From an uncultured Thermoplasmata archaeon (GTDB taxonomy: Archaea > Thermoplasmatota > Thermoplasmata > RBG-16-68-12): a stretch of DNA of 64,000 bases. A model generated the notes under the pieces. The model ran no database searches. It worked only from the letters and a program-made list of their open reading frames with translations, and was not told the origin of the DNA. The position numbers and the translations under genes are program-made. The stretch is taken from NCBI GenBank assembly GCA_963768855.1, contig CAVYJM010000012.1:29451-93450 (forward strand), written 5' to 3'. Positions 55,443 to 64,000 of this stretch are shown piece by piece; the first letter of the stretch is position 1, and the number at the start of each line of letters is the position of its first letter.

Positions 55443-56603
55443 CTAAGCGGTGACCCGCGCGAAGTCCGGGAGCTCGGGCGCCATGGGTCCGAGGAGGGCA
55501 ACCTCTCGCCGGATCATGGAGAACTCTCGCTGCTGGAACGCGGAGGGATCCATCGGGATCAGGAGGATCGCGTCATGCAGGGCGACGATCTCGTTGAGGT
55601 CGTGGAGCAGCGCGAGGACGGAGCTGAAGTCGTTGTGCGCGATGAGGTACTCGAACCCGTCAAGGAGGACGACCGCGCTCTCTCCGACGGAGATGAAGTG
55701 CTCAATGGCCAGGGCGACCTTCTCGGGCGGTGAGGGCCGCACGGAGTTCTTCTCCGTGGCCACGCGGCTGAGCCACAGGATCGGCGTCTTCTCAAGGCCG
55801 TAGTCCTGCATGATCGTCTTGGGAGACCGGCGGCTGATGCACAGCCCCTGCGCCCCGTGCGTCACGAGGTCCCGGAAGATCTCGAAGCTCTGGGCCCCGT
55901 CTCGCTCGAGGATCGCATACGTCCGCGCGCGCTCGAGCTGGTAGGTCGGCGTGGTCTGGGACTGGGTCTCCGCCGCGGGGACGATGAGCTCCTGGAGGAA
56001 CGACTTCTCGCGGATGGCGAACGCGATGAGCCCGATCAGGGCCATCTCGACCACGAAGCCGGGCGCCCGCAGGTCGATCCCGTAGTTGGGCAGGACGATC
56101 TCGAACAGCAGCTCCCCGATTGCGAAGCCGCTGATCCCGAGGATGATCAGGTACGTGTCCCGCCGCACCTCAGGTCCCGCGTTCGTGCGCCGCATGTGCG
56201 TGATGAAGCGATAGGGGGCGTAGAGCGTCAGCGTCGCGACCGCCACGCCGTTGACGAAGAGGAAGTAGGGTTCGAAGCGGATCGTGATCAGCGGGTAGCT
56301 GGTCAGGTCGACCGTCTCCGGAGAAATGTAGATGGCCACAACGGCGAGGACCATGATGAAGACATAGAAGACGTAGGAGTTCGGGAACTCATCCGTCATG
56401 TACCTCATGAAGTCCCGGCGGGTCGTGATCTCCGGCGTCGTCGCGACGACGATGAACGCCCCGATCGTGATGCTGAACGCGTAGTCGAAGGTCGCCTGGA
56501 CCTTCTTGGAGAGCAGGATGCTGTTCGTCAGAGCGTTTGGATCGGCGATGCTCGGCTGGGTCAGATAGATCGAGATGAGTGTGTTCGAGATCACCGCGCA
56601 CAT
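55443..56603 (-). CDS. polytopic membrane protein with C-terminal DUF835-like cytoplasmic domain (5' end probably extends to about 56747)
   Basis: Several TM helices, then GLCISRRSP...ILWLSRV...AVVLLDGFEYLIAHNDF, as I remember for archaeal DUF835. In-frame TM-like sequence (NIVGYLSAISALFLSLLVVIAIL) lies upstream of ATG 56603 and is preceded by AGGAGG, but no canonical start is present. Confidence 0.55.
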   Translation of the reverse strand: MCAVISNTLISIYLTQPSIADPNALTNSILLSKKVQATFDYAFSITIGAFIVVATTPEITTRRDFMRYMTDEFPNSYVFYVFIMVLAVVAIYISPETVDLTSYPLITIRFEPYFLFVNGVAVATLTLYAPYRFITHMRRTNAGPEVRRDTYLIILGISGFAIGELLFEIVLPNYGIDLRAPGFVVEMALIGLIAFAIREKSFLQELIVPAAETQSQTTPTYQLERARTYAILERDGAQSFEIFRDLVTHGAQGLCISRRSPKTIMQDYGLEKTPILWLSRVATEKNSVRPSPPEKVALAIEHFISVGESAVVLLDGFEYLIAHNDFSSVLALLHDLNEIVALHDAILLIPMDPSAFQQREFSMIRREVALLGPMAPELPDFARVTA

Positions 56604-56929
56604 CAGGAGGAACGTCGCGAAGAGCAGGACGTGCTTCTGGAAGTCCTTGTGCGTCTTCTGCCGCAGGATTGCGATTACGACGAGCAGGGAGAGGAAGAGA
56701 GCGCTGATCGCGCTCAGGTACCCGACGATGTTGGGCTCACCGGCCAGAGGGTTACCTCCTCGATGTCTTCGACGCGTTCCCGGTGGGGTCCCTTGCTATT
56801 TAAGCGGTCTTCGCTTGTTATCAGTCGAGATTCCAGCCCCGCCATCCTAGCGTTCTCATGATTGAGAATCGGAATGGATAACCTCACGGTGGTCCTTCAT
56901 ACCCTTGAACTCCAAGGCCGGTAGAGGTT

Positions 56930-58231
56930 GTGGCCTTGACGGTCCAAGCCTATCAGGTTCTTGGGATCAACCGCGAGGATGTGGAGCTTCTCTCGCACAC
57001 GGTCCTTCGGCTCGGCGGCTACGCCGAAGGTCTCTTCGACTTCCATGACTTCGGGTTCGAGAAGTCGATCCTGCGGCAGCACGTGTCGAACGTCTATGAG
57101 ATGCTCCTTCACATGAAGGAGCGCTCCACGAGCTTCGGCCTCCCGCTGCGGCCGCCGAATCTCCCGCCGAGCGCTTTCTGGGAGGACCAGGGAGAAACCT
57201 GGAACTACCTGCAGACCCTCCGCTTCGCAGCCGGCTCGATCATGATGTCGGAGGACTACCGGCGCTATATGACCGCGGACAACCTGTACAACGCAATGAC
57301 CGCGAAAGTCCTCCACAAGTGTATGATCGGCATCCTCGACGACCTGATCGACAAGGGCACCTACTCGTACCTCGAGGCCAAGGACCTACATCACGTGGTC
57401 CTCAGCTCCATGGTGGACCCGGACTTCGACGAGACGGTCTACGTGAAGCGACTCATCTCGATGCTGAAGCAGGAGCACGTCCCGCTGTTCGACCTGATGA
57501 ACAGCATCACGAAAGGATTCAACGCTCTCTGGAATCACTCCCCTCACGGGGCCGACTACTTCTACCAGATGGAGGTCCTCGACGAGCGCGTGGCGCTCGG
57601 TCAGGCCCTCACGATGTTCCAGAAGGAGCCGAACTTCAGTATCAACAAGATGCACAAGGTCGCCAGCGCGTTCTACGAGCCCCAGGGTGACATGACCTGG
57701 TGGGAGAAGCTCGGAGCTCACGTCTCCGCGACGGTCCGGTACAACTTCATCGACATGGCCTTTGCGGACCGTGTGTACGACCTCAAGCGGCTCGAGAACT
57801 TCCTCGCCGGATGGTACTACTACGATACCGCGATCATCCTCATGGACCACGTCACGAGCATCCACCAGGACCTCCGCAACGGGATCGGGAACCTCTCCCT
57901 GATCGCGATGCGGACGAAGGAGCTCGAGAGCACCTCGAGCCTCCGCGCCTACAACCCCGCGCTCACCGTCGAGGACTACGACGGGCACCTGCGCCGGATT
58001 GCCGCCCTGACTTCGAAGGCCCTCGAGCTCGTGGATCACGACTTCCACGACGAGAATCTGTTCTACCCCTTCCTCACGATCATGATGCCCGTCGTCATGA
58101 TGGCGGACTGGATCGGGAAGCGGGACGACATGATCCACACGTTCCTGGACGCCATCGCGCCCGCGATCCGGCGGGTGTCCGCGGTCGCCGCCGAGGTCCC
58201 CGAGATCGCGTCGACCCGCCAGCCTGCGTAG
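56930..58231 (+). CDS. all-helical protein with DDxxD and NSE/DTE-like motifs (class I terpenoid synthase-like)
   Basis: 433 aa with a GTG start after GTAGAGGT. ILDDLIDKG (DDxxD), and about 150 residues later LMDHVTSIHQDL (approximating (N/D)Dxx(S/T)xxxE). No TM helices. Immediately upstream of GGPP synthase. Confidence 0.5.
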   Translation: MALTVQAYQVLGINREDVELLSHTVLRLGGYAEGLFDFHDFGFEKSILRQHVSNVYEMLLHMKERSTSFGLPLRPPNLPPSAFWEDQGETWNYLQTLRFAAGSIMMSEDYRRYMTADNLYNAMTAKVLHKCMIGILDDLIDKGTYSYLEAKDLHHVVLSSMVDPDFDETVYVKRLISMLKQEHVPLFDLMNSITKGFNALWNHSPHGADYFYQMEVLDERVALGQALTMFQKEPNFSINKMHKVASAFYEPQGDMTWWEKLGAHVSATVRYNFIDMAFADRVYDLKRLENFLAGWYYYDTAIILMDHVTSIHQDLRNGIGNLSLIAMRTKELESTSSLRAYNPALTVEDYDGHLRRIAALTSKALELVDHDFHDENLFYPFLTIMMPVVMMADWIGKRDDMIHTFLDAIAPAIRRVSAVAAEVPEIASTRQPA

Positions 58232-58366
58232 TCCCACGACTTGGAGGTACCGCCCCTCCCGGTAGGGACACGTAGGTCCCGGACGACTAGGTACCGTCGC
58301 GTTAATAAACCGTTATATATGCCCCAATCCTAGTCGAAATTGCACGCGCGTGGGGAGTGGGGCCCG

Positions 58367-59338
58367 ATGACGATCTCGTGGGATTTCGGCGTTCTCAAGG
58401 AATTGGCCTTGGTGGAACAGAAGATCCGCGAGAGCGTCGTCTCCGAGGAGCCGCTCCTCACGGACATCGCGACCTATGTGATCGCGGCGGGAGGCAAGCG
58501 GATCCGGCCCACGGTCACGATCCTCTCCTTCAAATCCCTCGGCGGAAAGGACATCCAGCAAGCCGTCGACTTGGCCGCAGCCCTCGAGCTGATTCATTCG
58601 GCCACCCTCATCCACGACGACATCAACGACGGCGGGGAGATGCGCCGCGGCCGCCCCGCGGCGTACAAGAAGTACGGCCTCCAGAACGCGCTCGTGACGG
58701 GGGACTTCCTGTTCGTCAAGGCGTTCGGCATCGGAGGCAAGTTCGACTCGGACATCGTCGAGCTGACCGCGAACGCCTGCGCTGCGCTCGCCGAGGGCGA
58801 GATCCGCCAGAAGCGCCACGCCTTCGACACCGCGGTCACGCGGGACGAGTACGTCGACATCATCCGCCGCAAGACCGCGCTCCCGATCATGGCCGGCGCG
58901 AAGATCGCCGGCCTCCTCGCGGGAGCCCGGCTCGAGGACGTTGAGGCGGTGGGCGACTACGGGCTCTATCTCGGCATCGCCTTCCAGATCGTCGACGACA
59001 TCCTCGACGTGATCGGGGACGACGCACGCCTCGGCAAGCCCGCCGGGACGGACATCAAGGAGGGCAACGTCACCCTCCCGGCGATCCACGCACTGAACGA
59101 CGGCCTCCGGGTCGACAAGGTCGAGCTCGGCCGCATCCTCCGCAAGACGCACAAGGAAAACGGGGAGCTCGAGAGCGCGCTGACCATGCTGCGCACCTCG
59201 GGAGCGGTGGACCGGGCGTGGTCCGACGCGCGCCACTACGGCGACTTGGCGAAGCAGGCGACCGCGCTGCTCCCTCCGAGCGAGGCGAAGGTCAACATGC
59301 TCCGCCTCGTGGACTTCGTCCTGACGCGGGACACGTGA
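58367..59338 (+). CDS. idsA: (E)-polyprenyl diphosphate synthase, GGPP synthase-like
   Basis: FARM LIHDDINDGGEMRRGRP and SARM FQIVDDILDV. ATG 58367 is preferred; TTG 58340 is possible if the transcript is leaderless (TATA-like TTATATAT at 58313..58320). Confidence 0.9.
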   Translation: MTISWDFGVLKELALVEQKIRESVVSEEPLLTDIATYVIAAGGKRIRPTVTILSFKSLGGKDIQQAVDLAAALELIHSATLIHDDINDGGEMRRGRPAAYKKYGLQNALVTGDFLFVKAFGIGGKFDSDIVELTANACAALAEGEIRQKRHAFDTAVTRDEYVDIIRRKTALPIMAGAKIAGLLAGARLEDVEAVGDYGLYLGIAFQIVDDILDVIGDDARLGKPAGTDIKEGNVTLPAIHALNDGLRVDKVELGRILRKTHKENGELESALTMLRTSGAVDRAWSDARHYGDLAKQATALLPPSEAKVNMLRLVDFVLTRDT

Positions 59339-59339
59339 G

Positions 59340-60440
59340 GTGGCCGTCGTGGCCTACGACGCGATCGTGGTGGGCTCGGGCCCTGCCGGCGGCTCCGCCG
59401 CGCGATATGCCGCGCGCCGCGGGCTCAAGGTCCTCCTGCTCGACAAGCGCAAGGAGATCGGCGTGCCGGTCCAGTGCGGCGAGTACGTCGCCTCGGACGA
59501 GGAGGTCCGCGTGATCTTCCCCACGGTCACGGACCTGGAGGACCTCATGGAGGTCCCCCACCGCGTGAAGCAGCTCGACACCCCGATCATCCGAATCTGG
59601 TCTCCGCACGGGCGTGCGTACGACCTCCCGTTCAAGGGCTACACGGTCCGGCGGGACAAGATGGACCAGGGGATCGCCGACCAGGCGGTCGAGGAAGGCG
59701 CTGAGCTGCTCAAGGAGACCCTGGTCACCCGCGTCCAGGGGACGCAGGTCCACACGAACCGCGGCGTCTTCGAGGGAAAGGTGATCATCGGATGCGACGG
59801 ACCGAGGTCCACGGTGGCGCAGAGCGCCGGCCTTCCCTGGCCCGTTTCCGCACCGGCGATGAGCGCGACCGCGGAGGGTGACTTCAGCGACGCGACGGAG
59901 ATGTTCTTCGGAAACCTCGCACCGGGCGGCTACGCGTGGATCATCCCGAAGGCACACTGCGCGAACGTCGGCCTCGGCACCTGGGAGCAGTTCCATGGGA
60001 ACCTCCGCGTGCTCTATGACAAGTTCCTCGACGGCCGCGGGATCCGCGGGGGGAAGGCGACGGGAGGCTACGTCCCCGTCCTAGGCCCGATCGACCGGAC
60101 GGTCGCGGGGAATGTCCTCCTCGCGGGCGATGCGGCGGGCATGGTCATGGCCACGAACGGTGGCGGCATCAACGTCTCCATGCTGGCGGGGCGCATCGCC
60201 GGCATGACGGCGGCAGACCACGTCCTCGGCGGCGTCCCGCTGGAGGAGTACGAGCGCCGCTGGCGCGCCGCGCTGTACCCGCCCCTCGCGGAAGGCGTCC
60301 GAATTAAGCACCTTGCGGACCGGTTCTTCGGGAGCGACCGCCTCCTCGAGGCGTCGATGATCCTGCTGGGCCGCAGGCGGATGGGCCGCGCGATTCGGTG
60401 CCAGCATCTCTTCCGCCCTGGCGTCGCCAAAGCCTTATAG
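59340..60440 (+). CDS. geranylgeranyl reductase family flavoprotein (digeranylgeranylglycerophospholipid reductase-like)
   Basis: YDAIVVGSGPAGGSAARYAARRGLKVLLLDKR is a Rossmann FAD motif. CGE and GDAAG motifs. Confidence 0.85.
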   Translation: MAVVAYDAIVVGSGPAGGSAARYAARRGLKVLLLDKRKEIGVPVQCGEYVASDEEVRVIFPTVTDLEDLMEVPHRVKQLDTPIIRIWSPHGRAYDLPFKGYTVRRDKMDQGIADQAVEEGAELLKETLVTRVQGTQVHTNRGVFEGKVIIGCDGPRSTVAQSAGLPWPVSAPAMSATAEGDFSDATEMFFGNLAPGGYAWIIPKAHCANVGLGTWEQFHGNLRVLYDKFLDGRGIRGGKATGGYVPVLGPIDRTVAGNVLLAGDAAGMVMATNGGGINVSMLAGRIAGMTAADHVLGGVPLEEYERRWRAALYPPLAEGVRIKHLADRFFGSDRLLEASMILLGRRRMGRAIRCQHLFRPGVAKAL

Positions 60441-60465
60441 ACCCGCTACCTTCGGCAACGGAATC

Positions 60466-61690
60466 ATGGAGTTCCAGTTTCTCGGCGGAGCCTCCGAGGT
60501 CGGCCGCCTGGGCATGGTCCTGAAGACCGGGCCGACGTCGACCCTGTTCGACTACGGGTTGCTGCCCGAAGGATCCGCCCCAGTATCCAATCCCCGCCCC
60601 TCCCGTCGACGGGATGTTCGTGAGCCACGCCCACCTGGACCACACGGGTATGATCCCGTGGATCACCCGCCGTCAGGATGTCGACGTCGTCCTGACCCCG
60701 CCCACTGCGGACGTCGCGGACCTGCTCCTCCAGGACAGCCTCAAGATCGCGGACGCGGAGGGCTTCGACGCCCCCTTCAACGACCAGGACCTGCGCACGG
60801 CGCGCCGTCGGTTCCGCACGATCGACTTCGGCGACAATGTGGACATGGGCGAGCTGGAGGTCACCGCCCACCCGGCCGGCCACATCCCCGGCGCCACGAT
60901 GTACGAGGTCAACGGGAACCAGACGATGCTCTTCACGGGCGACCTTCACACCCTGACGACGGACCTCGTATGGGGGGCGAAGCCGGTGAAGTGCGACACC
61001 CTGTTCGTCGAATCCACGTACGCCGGACGCCAGCACCCCGAGCGGCTCAAGTCGGAGCACGCGTTCCTCAAGAAGGTCGAGCAGGTCGTGAACCGGGGCG
61101 GGATCGCGCTCGTCCCCTCGTTTGCGGTCGGCCGCACGCAGGACATCATCCTCGCCCTGGCCAAGGCCCGCCACGAGGTCTGGCTGGACGGGATGGGGAA
61201 GAAGGTGAACTCGATCTACCTCGATCATCCGGAGTACGTCCGGTCCGCGAAGCAGCTCCGCCAGGCGATGCACAAGGTCAACGTCGTCGATGGTCCGAGG
61301 ACGCGGCAGCTCGCCGTCCGGGGGGAGGTCATTGTCTGCACGAGCGGGATGCTCGACGGCGGACCGGTGCTCCACTACCTCGACGCGATCCGCGACGACC
61401 CGAAGAGCGCGATCCTGCTCACCGGATACCAGGTCGAAGGGACGAACGGGCGGCAGCTCGTGGACAACGGCTCGATCGAGATGTACGGGGTGAACGTCGA
61501 CATCAAGATCGAGTGGCAGAAGTTCGACTTCTCCGCGCATGCGGGCCACGACGAGCTCGTCCGGTTCATCGAGGCCTGCGACCCGAGCCGGGTCGTCCTG
61601 ATGCACGGCGACCAGCGCGAGCTGCTCGCGGAGGCGCTCGAAGGACGCGAGGTCCTCCTTCCCATGGAAGGCAACTGGTACTCCCTGTAG
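60466..61690 (+). CDS. beta-CASP / metallo-beta-lactamase-fold ribonuclease-like protein, frame interrupted by one extra base near 60570..60585
   Basis: The N-terminus MEFQFLGGASEVGRLGMVLKTGPTSTLFDYGLLPEG is in frame 1. Frame 2 continues ...PPQYPIPAPPVDGMFVSHAHLDHTG (track ORF 60614..61690), with later motifs HPAGHIPGA, ESTY and SAHAGHDEL. Confidence 0.8.
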
Positions 61691-61715
61691 GCAGGGCCCG
61701 GCTTGCGACGCCTCT

Positions 61716-62897
61716 CTAGAAGGTGAGGATCCCGAGGAGTCCGCCGCCGACGACAACCCCGCATGCGGCCCAGAAGGCGATCTGCTCGGCGCGGCGGAAC
61801 GGCTGGCCCCGCATCGTCGCCCGGTCGGACACGAGCTTCCCGAGGAAGTAGAGGGACGGGATGATGATGATCGTGAAGGACACCATCAGCTCGAGGATCA
61901 GGGGCACGTAGCTCGTCGTCAGGGCTACGAGGAGCAAGGCCGGAGAGCTCTCGCCGACGTAGATGGCGAGGAAGGACCGCCGGGAAGACGTTCCGACCGC
62001 TTCCATGACTCCCCACGCCGACCCCATCGAGACCACGACGAGCGCAAGGAACCCGGCCGCGATGAACCCGATGCCCACCAGGGTTGCGGCGTATGGGCTC
62101 ACGAGTGCGAGCACGTCGGAGATGGACTGGACTCCCACCGCGCCGCCGAGCGCCGGGAGTTGCATCCCGACGACGACGATCGCCGCCATCACGATCTCCG
62201 ACACAATCGCGCTCCCGAGCGTGGTCCACCGCTCCCGGCGCACGGTTCCCGTCTTGGGTCCCCTGCGTGAATCCGCCCCGGAATGGAAGTAGAGCATCCA
62301 GGGCATGACGACCGCCCCGATGCTCGCCGCCGCCAGATAGCGGAACGACGGGTCCCCGTACGGCTGCAGGGGTGAGAGGCCCTCCCGGGCCACCTGGGCC
62401 AGGTCGATATGGAACAGGAGGACGGAGGCGGTGAGGCTGAGGACGAGCGCGAAGCTGATGGGGAGGAGGAAGACCTCCGCCTGGCGGTAGGTGCGACCGA
62501 CGACGATTGCCAGGTGAACGACGTAGGCCACGAGCAGACCCGCGAGGATCGGGAGTCCCAGGAGGGCTAGGCCGATCGCGATCCCGGCGTACTCCGCCAC
62601 GTACTCCAGGAAGTCGGTCACCGCCATGGGGAGCGCGGCCACCAGCGCAGTCCGACGGCCATAGCGGCGGCCGATGGCTTCCCCGAGGCCGACCTGTCCT
62701 ACGGTCCCCAGGCGGCCCGCCGCGTCCTGGATGATGAAGAGGGGGATCGTCAGGGCGAGCATGACAAAGATGAGGTGGTATCCCCAGGACGCTCCCGCCT
62801 GGAGGCCGGTGATGATGCTCGCGACGTCGACGTCGGCGATCATCACGAGCCAAGCCGGGCCGAGCCCGGCAATCGTCTCCCGCACGTGGAGGTTCAT
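61716..62897 (-). CDS. mntH: NRAMP-family divalent metal transporter
   Basis: 393 aa. GPAWLVMIADVDVASIITGLQAGA and about 11 TM helices. Confidence 0.75.
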   Translation of the reverse strand: MNLHVRETIAGLGPAWLVMIADVDVASIITGLQAGASWGYHLIFVMLALTIPLFIIQDAAGRLGTVGQVGLGEAIGRRYGRRTALVAALPMAVTDFLEYVAEYAGIAIGLALLGLPILAGLLVAYVVHLAIVVGRTYRQAEVFLLPISFALVLSLTASVLLFHIDLAQVAREGLSPLQPYGDPSFRYLAAASIGAVVMPWMLYFHSGADSRRGPKTGTVRRERWTTLGSAIVSEIVMAAIVVVGMQLPALGGAVGVQSISDVLALVSPYAATLVGIGFIAAGFLALVVVSMGSAWGVMEAVGTSSRRSFLAIYVGESSPALLLVALTTSYVPLILELMVSFTIIIIPSLYFLGKLVSDRATMRGQPFRRAEQIAFWAACGVVVGGGLLGILTF

Positions 62898-62998
62898 CGT
62901 TTCGGTCGGCCGAAATCGTTCCGGGGGCTCCTGAAGGCTCGGTACATAGAGTAAGGGTTCCCCGGTGCGGGGAAGCTATCTCCGGAGGTTCGGGGCCC

Positions 62999-64000
62999 CT
63001 AAATCCCGACGTTTTTCGCAATCATCGGCCGGAGCGCCTTCCCCACGTACTTCAGGATGCGCGGGTCCTTCCGGATCAGCGCCCACCCGATCTTGGAGGG
63101 GAAGTCGATGTCCGCGGTGGTCTCGATCAACCGCAGGATCTCTGGATCGTCGAAGATCTCGAAGAGCTCCTCGAACTGGGCGTCCGTGAGCCTCTCGAAG
63201 CTCTCGTGGATGGCCAGGTCCTTCCGTAGCTCCTTGCCGATGGATTTCGTCCAGGCCTTGTGGTAGCGGTGCATCATCCGAGACGAGTAGTCACCCTTCT
63301 CCAGCGCCTGGATCGCCGTCTCCGCCGCGAGACTCGCGCAGTGTAGGCTCGTGAAGATCCCCCCACCGCTCGTGGCCTTGGCCTGGCACGCGGCATCGCC
63401 CACGACCAACACGTTGTCTGCATACGTGCGGCGCGGGAACCCGATCGGGATGCCCCCGACGATGTAGAGGATCGGCTGCGCGCCCTTCGTGTACTGCTGG
63501 ACCTCGGGTCGCTTCAGCATCTTCTCGAGGTAGGCGTAGGCGTTCCCCTCGCCGACGCAAAGCCCCACGCGGGCCGTGTCCCCGCTCGGGATGATCCAGC
63601 CGAAGAACCCCGGCGCGATCTCGTTGCCCACGAAGAGCTTCACGAACCCCGGGTCGCCCCGGACGCCCGCCAGCTCGACCTCGAAGCCCGGGAGGATCCG
63701 CTTCGGGCGGAGGATATGGAACCACTTCGCGACGTTGGAGCGGACGCCGTCGCAGCCGATGAGGATCTTGGCCCGAATCCGGGCCGAATGCCCGTCCCGG
63801 TCCACGAGGACCTCGACCCCGCCGTCCTTGCGGGTCGCAGCCTGGGCCTGGGTCCCGAGGAAGGTGTGGGCCCCCGCCCGGACCGCCTCCGTCACGATGG
63901 CCCGGTCGAACATGGCGCGGTCCACGACGACCGCCTCGGTCTCATGCCCGTCGATCCGGAGGCAGCGGCCCTTCGGCGAGAAGATCTCGGCTCCGTGGAT
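62999..64000 (-). CDS. second geranylgeranyl reductase family flavoprotein (5' end beyond the window)
   Basis: GCDGVRS and VVGDAACQAKATSGGGI motifs. The frame stays open upstream of Met 63925 to the window edge (…IHGAEIFSPKGRCLRIDGHE…), so the N-terminal FAD motif lies outside the window. Confidence 0.8.
   Translation of the reverse strand: MHGAEIFSPKGRCLRIDGHETEAVVVDRAMFDRAIVTEAVRAGAHTFLGTQAQAATRKDGGVEVLVDRDGHSARIRAKILIGCDGVRSNVAKWFHILRPKRILPGFEVELAGVRGDPGFVKLFVGNEIAPGFFGWIIPSGDTARVGLCVGEGNAYAYLEKMLKRPEVQQYTKGAQPILYIVGGIPIGFPRRTYADNVLVVGDAACQAKATSGGGIFTSLHCASLAAETAIQALEKGDYSSRMMHRYHKAWTKSIGKELRKDLAIHESFERLTDAQFEELFEIFDDPEILRLIETTADIDFPSKIGWALIRKDPRILKYVGKALRPMIAKNVGI

Noticed and set aside
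9252-60585. Programmed +1 ribosomal frameshifting as the primary explanation for the six frame breaks
   Set aside because: No shared slippery or stall motif is visible at the junctions, the sites are mostly plain G/C homopolymers, and an essential gene is affected. Insertion-type sequencing error is more parsimonious; the recoding idea is kept only as the alternative hypothesis in the findings.

Overview
A 64-kb high-GC archaeal chromosome segment. Family content (A1A0 ATP synthase operon in H-I-K-E-C-F-A-B-D order, NreA, UPF0282-type MBL protein, geranylgeranyl reductases, an Nuo-like complex without NuoEFG) suggests a euryarchaeote, possibly Thermoplasmatota-like; that placement is inference only. 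Almost everything is coding and most of it is core energy metabolism: the ATP synthase, a cupredoxin/Rieske/cytochrome b cluster, an Nuo-like operon, TatAC, Amt and malic enzyme. The ORF track is full of long Arg/Pro/Gly-rich shadow ORFs typical of high-GC DNA; I called genes from family motifs and G/C-rich third codon positions. Items worth a second look: (1) two tandem Ras/Rab-like small GTPases followed by a large, heavily sequon-decorated surface protein whose cytoplasmic tail looks like a Roadblock/LC7 (MglB-type) domain, which could be a transmembrane small-GTPase signalling module; (2) a Rieske/cyt b cluster in which the cyt b C-terminal subunit is fused to extra TM helices and a 2x[4Fe-4S] domain and is followed by a CCG-domain protein, i.e. 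a split HdrD/GlcF-like module, with GlcD/GlcE-like flavoproteins next door; (3) an Nuo operon with no nuoB or nuoI, two tandem nuoM genes and a 26-residue duplication in the NuoL lateral helix; (4) a DDxxD/NSE-like class I terpene-synthase-like ORF directly upstream of GGPP synthase and a geranylgeranyl reductase; (5) a translationally coupled trio of a TM-anchored GNAT, a kinase-like ORF and an unknown ORF. At least six genes, including the essential atpA, are broken by a single extra base (+1), mostly in G/C runs. Sequence or assembly error is the most likely cause and should be settled before any biology is built on those loci. I found no rRNA, tRNA, CRISPR array or mobile element.
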